This document shows, piece after piece, positions 1 through 9,607 of a DNA stretch of 64,000 bases. Positions within the stretch are counted from its first letter, which is position 1; each line of letters begins with the position of its first letter. The DNA comes from an uncultured virus (IMG/VR IMGVR_UViG_3300025687_000036) (Duplodnaviria; Heunggongvirae; Uroviricota; Caudoviricetes): IMG/VR virus record IMGVR_UViG_3300025687_000036; one strand, written 5' to 3'. The position numbers and the translations under genes are program-made. The notes under the pieces were generated by a model. The model had not been told where the DNA came from. It saw only the letters and a program-made list of their open reading frames with translations, and did not search any database.

Positions 1-50
1 TGGGGGAGCACGCGGTCGGAAGTGCAGCCAATTTGCTCCCCGCGACCTGT

Positions 51-80
51 TTGCACGCCGCTAGGCGGCAGGCGTAGACT
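51..80 (+). promoter_or_regulatory. Putative sigma70-type promoter of terS, probably leaderless
   Basis: TTGCAC(51-56)-N18-TAGACT(75-80), 7 nt before ATG at 88. Confidence 0.45.
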
Positions 81-87
81 TGACGGC

Positions 88-570
88 ATGGCAAAAGGCC
101 CGGCACCACTCCCGAAGCACATCCTCCAGATGCGAGGCTCCAAGGAGGCTCGCTATCGCGAGGAACTCGGCACCATGCTCGAGCAACTCCCAGAGCCGCC
201 AGAGTGGCTCCGGCCTGCTGCGAAGGAGATGTTCACGCAGGTCTGCGGCTTCACGCTGCGGATGGGCACCCTGGCCGAGTCGGACCTCCAGGTCATCTCC
301 CGCTACGCGATTGTTTGGGACAAGTGGCAGGAGGCCGAGAAGGCACTCGCCGAAGGCGCCGAGGCATGGGCGGAGGTTCTGGCCCCAGACGGCTCCCTGC
401 GATTCTGCCGGCCGACGAAGTGGCAGGCCCAGAGCAATCACTGCCACGAGCAACTCCGCCAACTCGAAACCGTGCTGGGCCTGACGCCAGCCGACCGGAC
501 CCGCATGGGCTATCACGCGGAGAAGGTAGTCCTCGACCCGATGGACGAACTGCTCAAGAAGCGCGGTTAG
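88..570 (+). CDS. terS: Terminase small subunit, P27 family
   Basis: PEPPEWL near N-terminus, LGLTPADRTR near C-terminus; upstream of terL. Confidence 0.9.
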   Translation: MAKGPAPLPKHILQMRGSKEARYREELGTMLEQLPEPPEWLRPAAKEMFTQVCGFTLRMGTLAESDLQVISRYAIVWDKWQEAEKALAEGAEAWAEVLAPDGSLRFCRPTKWQAQSNHCHEQLRQLETVLGLTPADRTRMGYHAEKVVLDPMDELLKKRG

Positions 571-584
571 TTCACAAAGGTGAA

Positions 585-1373
585 ATGCCAGCCAGGAAAC
601 CTGTAAAAGCAGGCGAGCGGTTCGGCTCTTGGGTGGCTGTTTCTGACGGCTACTACGAAGGCGCGACGCAGAAAGTCGACTGCGTTTGTGACTGCGGAAA
701 ACGCGGTGTCGTGCCAGCCAGCAACCTTCGGCAGCGGCGGGCGTCGCAGTCCTGCGGGTGCGCCCGCCGAACTTCGATCGCCAAGACGTGCCGCAGGCCG
801 GTTCGAGTAGGCGAGCGTTTTGGCCGTCTTGTCGTAGTCGCAGAACCCGTCTATTCCACACCAAACTCGTCGCCCAAGGTGCCTTGCGTTTGCGACTGCG
901 GAGGCACAAAATCTCCGCCGCAGAAGTGCCTTCGCAGGGGCACAACAATGTCATGCGGTTGCCTGCAACGCGAGCGATCGTCGGAGGCGGCGGCTAGGGA
1001 CATTTCAAAGCGTGCGAACCTGAACCGGCTATACAGCGGTCGGCGAGGGCGCATTCTGATGCGATCTTCATGGGAGGTCGCCGTCGCGCACAGGCTCGAT
1101 CGTGATGGTCTCTGCTGGGACTACGAGCCACGGCAATTCCTGCTAGGCGACAGCACGAGATACACGCCTGATTTCCGGGTCGATCTCGGGCCTCTCGGCG
1201 AACTGTGGATCGAGGTGAAAGGAGAGTTCTTCGGCAAGTCGAAAGACAAGGCTCTGGCTTTCATGCAAACCGGCAGAGCCTTGTACATCGTCGGAAAAGA
1301 CAACTTCAAGAACTATACCGGCGTGTCTCCCTACATCGCCCACAAGTTGTATCCACCAGTGGCCGGAAAATGA
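585..1373 (+). CDS. Putative homing endonuclease: two Zn-binding repeats plus PD-(D/E)xK nuclease domain
   Basis: Two GERFG...CxCDCG...SCGC repeats; C-terminal RSSWE...WDYEP...YTPDF...IEVKG; start taken as MPARK at 585. Confidence 0.75.
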   Translation: MPARKPVKAGERFGSWVAVSDGYYEGATQKVDCVCDCGKRGVVPASNLRQRRASQSCGCARRTSIAKTCRRPVRVGERFGRLVVVAEPVYSTPNSSPKVPCVCDCGGTKSPPQKCLRRGTTMSCGCLQRERSSEAAARDISKRANLNRLYSGRRGRILMRSSWEVAVAHRLDRDGLCWDYEPRQFLLGDSTRYTPDFRVDLGPLGELWIEVKGEFFGKSKDKALAFMQTGRALYIVGKDNFKNYTGVSPYIAHKLYPPVAGK

Positions 1374-2887
1374 GCGGCGAGCCAAGCATCTTCACCCAGT
1401 TCTGCGGGATGCTCAGCCACACAAAGGGTGACTTTGCAGGCAAGCCGTTCACGCTGATGCCGTGGCAGCAGGAGTTCTTCGACAAACTGCTGCTGACGAA
1501 GCGCGAAGACGGGTTGAGGCAATACAGACGCGCCTTTTTGGCGTTGCCTCGGAAGTCCGGCAAAAGCCAGATGTGCGCCGCGCTAGGGCTTTTCTGCCTC
1601 TTTCTCGACGACGAACCGGGCGCCGAGGTCATCGTCGCAGCCGGAGACAGGTCTCAGGCGAGCATCCTGCACACCGCCGCAAAGAACCTGCTGGAGTCGT
1701 GCCCGGCCCTGGCTCGACGAGCCAAGGTCTACCGAAACTCGATCGTGGTCGAAGAGAGCAAATCGACCATGATCACTGTCAGTTCGGAGAGTTCGACGAA
1801 GCATGGCCTGAACCCGTCCGTAGTTCTCATAGACGAATACCACGTCTTTCCAGACCGGGAGTTGGTGGACGTGCTCGAGACGGGCATGGGCGCCAGGCGG
1901 CAGCCGCTGACCATTTACATCACGACGGCAGGCACAGACCGCCGCGGTCCTTGTTACGCGGACTGGCAGAGGGCAGAGAAGATTCGCGACGGAATCCTTG
2001 AGGACGACACATTCCTGCCTTGCATCTACGCGGCGAAGCCCGAGGCCGACCCTTTCGACATTGAGACCGTCAGGGGGTGCAATCCAAACTTCGGAGTCAC
2101 GACAAAGCCCGAGTACTTCGAGCAGATGATCGTGAGGGCGAAGCAGTCTCCTTCCGAAGAGGTAGTCTTCAGAACCTTGCATCTCAATCAGTGGGTTTCA
2201 GCCGCCGCCAAATGGATTCGCCACGGCGCCTGGGAGGCCAACGGCGACCCGCTCCGCCCGACATCCGGCCGACCGGCCTACTGCGGCGTCGACCTCGCCA
2301 GCACGACGGACACGACGGCGTTCGTGGCGGTGTGGCCCGACGAGGACGGCACCTTCGACATCCACGCCCACATCTTCATTCCCGAGGACCGCGCCGAGGA
2401 GGCCGCCAAGCGCGACCGCGTCCCCTATCTCCAATGGGCGAAGCAGGGGTTTGTTACACTAACTGAGGGTGATGTCTGCGATTACGACGCGGTTCGCGAC
2501 TACATTCTCTCGTTTTGCGAGAAGAATGAGGTTCGGGCTGTCGCCATCGACAGGTACAACGCCACGCACTTGACGACGCAACTGGTCGCCGAGGGCGTCG
2601 AAGTCAAGCCATTTGGGCAAGGCTTCGTGTCGATGAGTGCGCCGGCGAAACTGCTCGAAACGCTGATCATCTCGAAGAAACTGCGGCACGCCGGCAACCC
2701 GGTACTGGCCTGGCAGGTGAGCAACGTGCAGATCAAGACGGACGACGCCGGGAACATCAAGCCGTCGAAGAAGAACTCCAGTTCGACCGCCCGCATCGAC
2801 GCCGCCGTGGCCCTCATCATGGCCCTCGGAATCTCGGCTGGCGAGGCTCGCGGGCCTGACGAAGAACCCCAACTCATGGTGTTTTAG
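1370..2887 (+). CDS. terL: Terminase large subunit
   Basis: Walker A-like PRKSGKS, Walker B VLIDEYH, ITTAG, nuclease GVDLAS and RIDAAVALIMA; ATGA overlap with upstream gene. Confidence 0.97.
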   Translation: MSGEPSIFTQFCGMLSHTKGDFAGKPFTLMPWQQEFFDKLLLTKREDGLRQYRRAFLALPRKSGKSQMCAALGLFCLFLDDEPGAEVIVAAGDRSQASILHTAAKNLLESCPALARRAKVYRNSIVVEESKSTMITVSSESSTKHGLNPSVVLIDEYHVFPDRELVDVLETGMGARRQPLTIYITTAGTDRRGPCYADWQRAEKIRDGILEDDTFLPCIYAAKPEADPFDIETVRGCNPNFGVTTKPEYFEQMIVRAKQSPSEEVVFRTLHLNQWVSAAAKWIRHGAWEANGDPLRPTSGRPAYCGVDLASTTDTTAFVAVWPDEDGTFDIHAHIFIPEDRAEEAAKRDRVPYLQWAKQGFVTLTEGDVCDYDAVRDYILSFCEKNEVRAVAIDRYNATHLTTQLVAEGVEVKPFGQGFVSMSAPAKLLETLIISKKLRHAGNPVLAWQVSNVQIKTDDAGNIKPSKKNSSSTARIDAAVALIMALGISAGEARGPDEEPQLMVF

Positions 2888-4545
2888 TGGCCGACGCCGA
2901 CGTCCCGTACACCGAGTTGCTCGCCCTGCGATCCCAGTCGCTCTCTCGAGTCTTCGAGGAGTTGATGGAGGACCGCAAGACGGTCGCCGGCGTGTCGGTG
3001 TCGCCGGAAACGGCACTGGAATGCACGGCGGTGCTGGCGTGCGTCCGGCTCCTCTCGGAGTCGATCGCCGCGATGCCGACGAACCTCTACCGGCGTCTCC
3101 CCGGCGGCGGCAAGGAAATCGCCGACGACCAGCCGCTCCACGAGATTCTGGCCTACCAGCCCAACTCGTGGATGACGAGCTTCGAGTTCAAGGAGTTGAT
3201 GCAGTCTTGGCTTCTCTTGTGGGGGAATGCCTTTGCCCACATCAAGGGCAGCATCCGCCGCGGCGCCGTCGACGAGTTGATCCCGCTGCACCCGTCGCGG
3301 ATGGAGGTCAGGCGGCTCGAGAACGGGAAACTCCGCTACTACTACCGCTCGCCGTCGACGATTGCCGACCCGAACCCGGAGCCCGAGGAGTACCGGCAGG
3401 AGGAAATCTTCCACCTGCGGTGGCTCTCGAGCGACGGCGTCCGCGGGTACGTGCCGGTCTCGCTCTCCAGGGACGCCATCGGGCTGGCAAGGGCGACGGA
3501 ACTGCACTCGAGCGCCTTCTTCGGTCACGGTGCCAAGAGCGGCACGTACATCGAAACCGACCAGCCGCACAAGCCCGAGGCTCTGATGCGGTTTCGGCAG
3601 CAGTGGGACGAGGCGATGCGCGGCCCCGCCAACGCCTACAAGACCGTCGTCATGCCGTATGGCTTCCACAAGAAGGAAGACCCGGTCAACAACTCTGACA
3701 ACGAACTGGTCGCCACCAGGCGGTTTCAGTTGGAGGAGGTCTGCCGTGCCTACCGGGTGCCGGGCCACCTCATCGGCGACCTGACCAATGTCCGCTACAA
3801 CACGGTTGAGCAGGCGGCGATCGACTACAAGACGTTCAGCCTCATGCCGTGGTGCCGGCGCTGGGAGTTGGCCTGCCGCCGAGACCTCGTGGTCGACGAC
3901 AGGACGTACTTCGTCGGCTTCGACATGAACTCGCTCATGGCCGGCGACTACGCCGCCCGCTCGACGTATCTGCGAGAGGCGTTCAACACTGGCGCCATCG
4001 ACGTCGACGAATACCGGGCAGAGATCGGCTACAACCCGCTGCCGAACGGAGTCGGCAAGAAGCGGTTTGTGCAGGTGAATATGCAACTCTTGGAAGCCTT
4101 CACCCTTGAGAACCCGACCGGACAGCAGCAGACCGCGGCACCGACGACACTCCCGGCCGAGGAGCAGCCTCAAGAGCAGCCGGATGGCGAGGGAGAAGGC
4201 GGAGAAACGCCTTCGGCCGTCGGCGAGGAGCGAGGAATCGACCCCGCAGAAGCCTTGTTCCGCACCACTTTGCGACGCATCGCAGCGGTCGAGTCAGAAG
4301 GAATCCTCTCCCGTCGGTCGAAGCCGGAGAAAATCACGCAATGGCTCGGCCAAGTCGAGGAGAGACTGCGCGCAGAACTGCTCGACGCAGCAAAAGCGAC
4401 TGGTCGAGACATTGATTCGTTCGTGGCTTCGTGGATGAATCGCTCGCGAGACCTGCTTTTGGGGTGCCATCGGAGCGGAAAGCAGTACGAAACTGTCACA
4501 AATCGGTGGTTTGAGGCGCATTTCGAGGGGGAGAGCGATGGCTGA
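2887..4545 (+). CDS. Portal protein, HK97 family, with C-terminal extension
   Basis: AVLACVRLLSESIA, LLWGNAFA, EIFHLR, EEVCRAYRVP motifs; follows terL. Confidence 0.95.
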   Translation: MADADVPYTELLALRSQSLSRVFEELMEDRKTVAGVSVSPETALECTAVLACVRLLSESIAAMPTNLYRRLPGGGKEIADDQPLHEILAYQPNSWMTSFEFKELMQSWLLLWGNAFAHIKGSIRRGAVDELIPLHPSRMEVRRLENGKLRYYYRSPSTIADPNPEPEEYRQEEIFHLRWLSSDGVRGYVPVSLSRDAIGLARATELHSSAFFGHGAKSGTYIETDQPHKPEALMRFRQQWDEAMRGPANAYKTVVMPYGFHKKEDPVNNSDNELVATRRFQLEEVCRAYRVPGHLIGDLTNVRYNTVEQAAIDYKTFSLMPWCRRWELACRRDLVVDDRTYFVGFDMNSLMAGDYAARSTYLREAFNTGAIDVDEYRAEIGYNPLPNGVGKKRFVQVNMQLLEAFTLENPTGQQQTAAPTTLPAEEQPQEQPDGEGEGGETPSAVGEERGIDPAEALFRTTLRRIAAVESEGILSRRSKPEKITQWLGQVEERLRAELLDAAKATGRDIDSFVASWMNRSRDLLLGCHRSGKQYETVTNRWFEAHFEGESDG

Positions 4546-6625
4546 GACCGAAATTGAGCGCCGCGTGACGGCAGAAGACACGAAGATCGAGTACCGCGAG
4601 GTCGACGGCGGCGAAAAGCGGCCTGTGATCGTCGGCTACGCGGCCGTTTTCAACTCGTTGTCGAGAAATCTGGGCGGTTTCGTGGAGTCGATCCACCCGC
4701 GAGCCTTCGACGACGTCCTGAAGACCAACCCAGACGTCGTTGGCGTCTTCAATCACGACAAAAACTACCTCCTGGCACGCACCAGCAACGGCAGCCTGCG
4801 GCTGAAGGCCGATCCCTACGGCCTGCGGTACGAAATGATGCCGCCGAAGACCAAAACGGCCGACGAAGTCGTCGCGTTGGTGTCCGAAGGCTACGTCACC
4901 GGCTCGAGTTTCGCCTTCGCGGTCGAGCGGAGCGGCGGAGACTCGTGGAGCACCGACGAAAAGGGCATGCGGAGGCGAGAAATCCGCTCAATCAGCCTTC
5001 TTGACGATGTCGGACCCGTCGTTCGGCCAGCCTACGAAGCATCCAGCGTGGTCGTGAGCCGTCGGGCGATCGAAATGGCCCTCGGCGACGCCTTCCGCCC
5101 GAACCAGACGATGGCGAACGCCGCCCGGCGTGGCCTGCGGAGCGCGAAGGGCCGCGACAACTTCGACCAGCGGCTCTTGGCGGTCGCCGAGAGGCTCGCT
5201 GAGCGTGAGGTGCTCTCCGTCGAAGAGGTCGAGTTCCTCGCCCAGGCTCACCGCCGGTGCCACGAGGTGCGAACAGTCGGCTGGAAGGGAACTCCGGCGT
5301 GGGTGGAGTGGATGCTGGCCGGCGGCGACAGCGCCGAGGCGTGGGTGCAGAAGCGGGCTGTTGCCGGCGAGGCCATCGAGGCCCGCGCCGAGCCCGACGA
5401 ACTCATGGAAGGCGACTTCGCGTCGTGGGCCGGCGGCGTCGGCCGCGTCGAGCACATCATGCGTGAGGGTTCGATCCAAGGAATGAGCGCGACGCCAGAC
5501 GCCCCACTGGCCGTGCTGACTCCGTTCGACGACGGCGAGCCGGAGGATTACATGGTCGCCGTGATGGTGTCGGAGTTGACGAAGGTCGACCAGCCGATGC
5601 CGGAGGACGACGAGGAGTACGAGGAAGACCGCGCCGTCGGCGACAAGTCTCAGTCGACGCCGGCGCCGAAGAGTGATCAGATTTCCGGCAGCGACAAGAA
5701 TCGCCCAGGATCGGCGAAGAACGCCGCCGGCAGGATCAAGGTGTCCCAGGCCGTCCGCAGCGGCCTCCAGAACAAGGTTCGCGACCACAACGCGGCCATG
5801 AGGGAGGACGAAAAGCCGTCGTGGGCGAGGACGACCCTCGGGCAACTCCTGGCCGTGTACCGCCGCGGAGCCGGCGCCTACTCGACCAGCCACCGCCCCG
5901 GAGTCAGTCGCGGCGCGTGGGCGATGGCGAGGGTCAACGCCTATCTGTACCTCCTGCGAAACGGCCGCCCGCAGGACTCAAAGTACACCACCGACAACGA
6001 TCTCCTTCCGGCCGACCACCCGAGGTCGTCGAAGGAGCGAAGCGTAGAAGCCGACGCCGAGGAGCGTGCAGTCGATCTGCGGCCTACCGCAGCCATGGCT
6101 GCCGCGGCCCGGCGCGGCCTCCGCCTGCACGAGGAGGGCAAGAGCGGCGACGGGTTGAAGCCGGAGACGGTGGCGAGGGCCAACAAGATCGCCCGCCGTG
6201 AGGAATTGACCCCGGAGCACGTCCGCGAGATGAATGCGTGGTTCGCCCGCCACGAATCGGCGAGCAAGTCCCCTGGCTGGGATACGCCGGGTGCCGAGAA
6301 GCCTGGGTTTGTCGCCTGGGAACTTTGGGGCGGCTCGCCGGCGCAAGCCTGGTCAGCACGAAAGGTCGCGCAGATGGATCGTGAAGCGGAGCGTTCGGAG
6401 CCTGCCGTCGAGCAGGTCGAGTCGGCTGAAGCCGTCGAACAGGTCGACGCCGTTGTCCACCAAGAGACGCAGGAAACACAGCCCGAGATTGTCCTCGAGC
6501 AGCCTGTTGTCTCGGCGGAAACGGAGTCGCTGAACTCCGCGGTGGCCGAGGCTTCGCAGAAGTTGGCGGAACTTCAGGCTGCACTGCTGCGGACCAAGTT
6601 GCACGACATTAGCGCCGGATGCTAA
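4538..6625 (+). CDS. HK97-family prohead protease with long multi-domain C-terminal extension
   Basis: GYAAVFN, FNHD, GLRYE, GSSFAF, VVRPAY in the first ~180 aa. Confidence 0.9.
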   Translation: MAETEIERRVTAEDTKIEYREVDGGEKRPVIVGYAAVFNSLSRNLGGFVESIHPRAFDDVLKTNPDVVGVFNHDKNYLLARTSNGSLRLKADPYGLRYEMMPPKTKTADEVVALVSEGYVTGSSFAFAVERSGGDSWSTDEKGMRRREIRSISLLDDVGPVVRPAYEASSVVVSRRAIEMALGDAFRPNQTMANAARRGLRSAKGRDNFDQRLLAVAERLAEREVLSVEEVEFLAQAHRRCHEVRTVGWKGTPAWVEWMLAGGDSAEAWVQKRAVAGEAIEARAEPDELMEGDFASWAGGVGRVEHIMREGSIQGMSATPDAPLAVLTPFDDGEPEDYMVAVMVSELTKVDQPMPEDDEEYEEDRAVGDKSQSTPAPKSDQISGSDKNRPGSAKNAAGRIKVSQAVRSGLQNKVRDHNAAMREDEKPSWARTTLGQLLAVYRRGAGAYSTSHRPGVSRGAWAMARVNAYLYLLRNGRPQDSKYTTDNDLLPADHPRSSKERSVEADAEERAVDLRPTAAMAAAARRGLRLHEEGKSGDGLKPETVARANKIARREELTPEHVREMNAWFARHESASKSPGWDTPGAEKPGFVAWELWGGSPAQAWSARKVAQMDREAERSEPAVEQVESAEAVEQVDAVVHQETQETQPEIVLEQPVVSAETESLNSAVAEASQKLAELQAALLRTKLHDISAGC

Positions 6626-6628
6626 TCT
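6599..6628 (+). promoter_or_regulatory. Putative promoter of the major capsid gene
   Basis: TTGCAC-N18-TAATCT; same -35 and spacing as the terS candidate. Confidence 0.4.
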
Positions 6629-6769
6629 ACAGGTAGATACAAGCATCGCGATGGATTTCGCGGTGAGCAGTGCGAGCAGGGCTTCTCGTCCTCGCGGCGC
6701 GCTAGCGGGAAACACCCGCCGGCCGCCGCTACTTCGCGCACGGCCGGCTCAACAAGGAGCAGGCCGATC

Positions 6770-8134
6770 ATGGCGTCGAACCTCAAGCGTCTTCAGGACC
6801 GTGCTGCCGCCGTTGCGGCTCGGATGTCGGAACTCGGTCGGATCGAGGATCGCTCGGCCGATGAGAACAAGGAGTTCCTCGCCCTCGGGACGCAGGCGGA
6901 CGAACTGACCGCCCAGATCGGCTTCGAGGAGCGGCTCGCCGAGAAGGAGAAGGAACTCCGCTCGGTCATCGAGAAGGCCGCCCCGGCTCCGGTGCCGTCG
7001 CCCGTCGAGGAGAAGCGGGCCGAGGAGGAGAAGAAGAAGGTCGAGATTCGGGCCATCCTCCCGCATCACACCCAACTCCGCGCGTTCAACGACACGCCGG
7101 ACGCCGTCGAGGCGGCCTACCGCTGCGGCCGGTGGCTCCGGGCTCACATCTTCAAGAACGCCGAAGACCTCCGGTGGTGCCAGGATCACGGCGTCGAGGC
7201 CCGTGCGATGGGCGAGAGCACCAACGCCTCCGGCGGAGCCCTCGTCCCCGACGAGTTCGCCAATCGCGTGATCCGCCTGGTCGAGTCCTACGGCACGCTC
7301 CCGCCGGCCTGCGAGAACGTGTCGATGACCCGCGACACGCTCGTGATCCCGAAGCGGCTCACCGGCACGACGGCCTACTTCGTCGGCGAAGGCTCGGCGG
7401 TGACCGAGAGCGAGCCGACCTACGGCAACGTGTCGCTGGTGGCGAAGAAGCTCGCCGTCGGCTGCCGGATGTCGACCGAACTGGTCGAGGATTCGCAGGG
7501 CGTGGTGGGGCTCGCGGACGCCGTGGCAACGGAGTTCGCACAGAGCCTGGCCTATAAAATCGATTTGTGTGGGTGGCTCGGTGACGGCACGCAGGGCACC
7601 TACGGCGGGATCAACGGCATCGTCAACAAGATCAACGACGGTAACTACACCGCGTCGGTCGCGACGGCCGCCTCCGGCAACGTCTCCTTCGAGACGCTCG
7701 ACCTCGAGGACTTCCTCGGCGCGATGGGCAAATTGCCCATCTACGCGAGGGCTGGTGCCCGTTGGTACGTGAGTCCCGCCGGCTACGCCGCGTCGATCGC
7801 CCGCCTGAAGTACGCCGCCGGTGGCAACACCGTCGAGAACGTGCAGGCCGGCACGGTCGACACCTTCCTGGGCTACGGGGTGACGCTCGTGCATGTGATG
7901 AACAGCACGCTCGGCTCCGACGTCAGCAAGGTGAAGGTGCTCTTCGGCAACATGGGCCTGTCGAGCATCTACGCCCGCCGCCGGGACTTCTCGGTGCGTC
8001 TCTACGATCAGGTGTACGCCACGACGGATCAGCTTCTCCTGCAAGGGACGATGCGATTCGACGTGAACCACCACAGCCTCGGATCGACCAGCGAGGTCGG
8101 CCCTGTGGTGGCCCTCAAGACCGCGGCCTCGTGA
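6770..8134 (+). CDS. Major capsid protein, HK97 fold, with N-terminal coiled-coil delta domain
   Basis: GGALVPDEFANRVI, AYFVGEG, KKLAVGCRMSTELVEDS; AAGGAG RBS upstream. Confidence 0.95.
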   Translation: MASNLKRLQDRAAAVAARMSELGRIEDRSADENKEFLALGTQADELTAQIGFEERLAEKEKELRSVIEKAAPAPVPSPVEEKRAEEEKKKVEIRAILPHHTQLRAFNDTPDAVEAAYRCGRWLRAHIFKNAEDLRWCQDHGVEARAMGESTNASGGALVPDEFANRVIRLVESYGTLPPACENVSMTRDTLVIPKRLTGTTAYFVGEGSAVTESEPTYGNVSLVAKKLAVGCRMSTELVEDSQGVVGLADAVATEFAQSLAYKIDLCGWLGDGTQGTYGGINGIVNKINDGNYTASVATAASGNVSFETLDLEDFLGAMGKLPIYARAGARWYVSPAGYAASIARLKYAAGGNTVENVQAGTVDTFLGYGVTLVHVMNSTLGSDVSKVKVLFGNMGLSSIYARRRDFSVRLYDQVYATTDQLLLQGTMRFDVNHHSLGSTSEVGPVVALKTAAS

Positions 8135-8153
8135 TAACCAGGAGTATCTCACA

Positions 8154-8591
8154 GTGATCCACGCAGAAAACAGCAAGGTCGTCGTCTCGCTCCCCACCGG
8201 CGTGGTCGGTGCCACCGCGACGCAGACCCTGACCGTTGACCGCCTCGGCTACGACCACGTCAGCGTCGTGGCGATGCGGGCGTCGAACGCCTCGACGGTC
8301 TTCGCGACGGTCCTCAAGGTCGAGGAGTCGGACAACAACTCCGACTACACCGATGTCACCGCCTTCGTGGGCGGTGGCGCCGGAGGGTTCACGATCCCCG
8401 CCGTGTCCGACACCAACTCGGCCGCCGCGGTGAAGATGGACATCGACTGCAAGGCCAAGAAGCGATACCTGAAGGTCTCGATGACCCCAGGTGCCACCGC
8501 TGTCGTGAGCCTCGTGGCCCACGCCTCCCGTGCGGAGGTGTATCCGGCCTCGGCGACCGACGTCGGCGTCATCGGCTGGGTCAAGGGCTGA
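8154..8591 (+). CDS. Putative capsid decoration/cement protein
   Basis: Beta-rich 145 aa protein directly after capsid gene; KRYLKV motif. Confidence 0.55.
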   Translation: MIHAENSKVVVSLPTGVVGATATQTLTVDRLGYDHVSVVAMRASNASTVFATVLKVEESDNNSDYTDVTAFVGGGAGGFTIPAVSDTNSAAAVKMDIDCKAKKRYLKVSMTPGATAVVSLVAHASRAEVYPASATDVGVIGWVKG

Positions 8592-8672
8592 TTCCCGTAC
8601 AAGCGGGACGGCCACTGACCGGCCGGCAAAGGCGCATGGAGGCGCGCCCGCTCCTCACTAGGAGCATTCTCC

Positions 8673-9401
8673 ATGCTGCTTCGTATCGGTAACGTGGAAG
8701 CCGAGGTGAAGGTCGCTGCTCTGATGAGCACGCCTCGCCTCGGCTTCACCGATAACTTCTTCTGCGTTTCGCAGGCGCTGGCGCCTCATCGCATCTCTCC
8801 CATCAAGTACACCGGCGCGTTCTGGGGGCAGTGCCTCCAGCGTTCGATGGAGACCGTCGTGGAAACGCACGACGTGATCCTCACGTTCGACTACGACACG
8901 ATCTTCTCTGCCAAGACGATCGAGGCGCTCCTCGCGCTGCTCATGCACTCCGGCATGGACGCGATCGCTCCGCTCCAAACGAAGCGGGAGGCCAACGCGG
9001 TCATGTTCGCCTTGCCAGGCTCGACGCCGGAGGAGCAGACGAACGTCGGAGACGACTGGTTCAAGAAGCCGGTGCAGAAGGTGGCGACCGCCCACTTCGG
9101 CTGCACGTTTCTGCGCTGCGACGCCCTGAAGCGAACTCCGAAGCCGTGGTTCCTTGCCAAGGCCAACGAGGCCGGCGAATTCACGGGAGGCCACGTCGAT
9201 GAGGACATCGCATTCTGGCGCGCCTGGGAGGCCGCGGGGAACACGCTGGGCGTGGCAACCCACGTCAGCGTCGGCCACGCCGAACTGATGATCACCTGGC
9301 CCAGCCGGCAGGTGGAGGGTGGCAAGGTGCAGCAGCACACCACCGAGTATTGGAACAGCGGCCAGCAGGCGCCCAAAGAGGCGTGGGGGTTTGTGGCATG
9401 A
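8673..9401 (+). CDS. Glycosyltransferase-like protein (GT-A fold) within the head module
   Basis: LTFDYD (DxD), HFGCTFLR, PKPWF, DEDIAFW, VGH. Confidence 0.75.
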   Translation: MLLRIGNVEAEVKVAALMSTPRLGFTDNFFCVSQALAPHRISPIKYTGAFWGQCLQRSMETVVETHDVILTFDYDTIFSAKTIEALLALLMHSGMDAIAPLQTKREANAVMFALPGSTPEEQTNVGDDWFKKPVQKVATAHFGCTFLRCDALKRTPKPWFLAKANEAGEFTGGHVDEDIAFWRAWEAAGNTLGVATHVSVGHAELMITWPSRQVEGGKVQQHTTEYWNSGQQAPKEAWGFVA

Positions 9402-9607
9402 GGATTCGCGTCGTCAAGAACTTCGGCATCTACAAGGCGGGCCAGGAGTTCGACTGGTCCGACGGCATGGCGAGGGTTCTGGCCGCCCGCGGGCTCATCG
9501 AGCCGGTTGACGAGACGAAGAAGCCGGAGCCGCCGCAGGTCGAAGAGGCCGACGACGAGCCGCAGGTCGAGCAGGCGATTCAGCACACCCGCAGGAAGCG
9601 AAGATGA
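9398..9607 (+). CDS. Small hypothetical head-associated protein
   Basis: ATGA-coupled on both sides; MRIRVVKNF...ARGLIEPV. Confidence 0.6.
   Translation: MRIRVVKNFGIYKAGQEFDWSDGMARVLAARGLIEPVDETKKPEPPQVEEADDEPQVEQAIQHTRRKRR

Noticed and set aside
3..41. 8-bp inverted repeat GGGGAGCA/TGCTCCCC as part of a cos site
   Set aside because: Plausible by position but too short and truncated by the window edge to support a call
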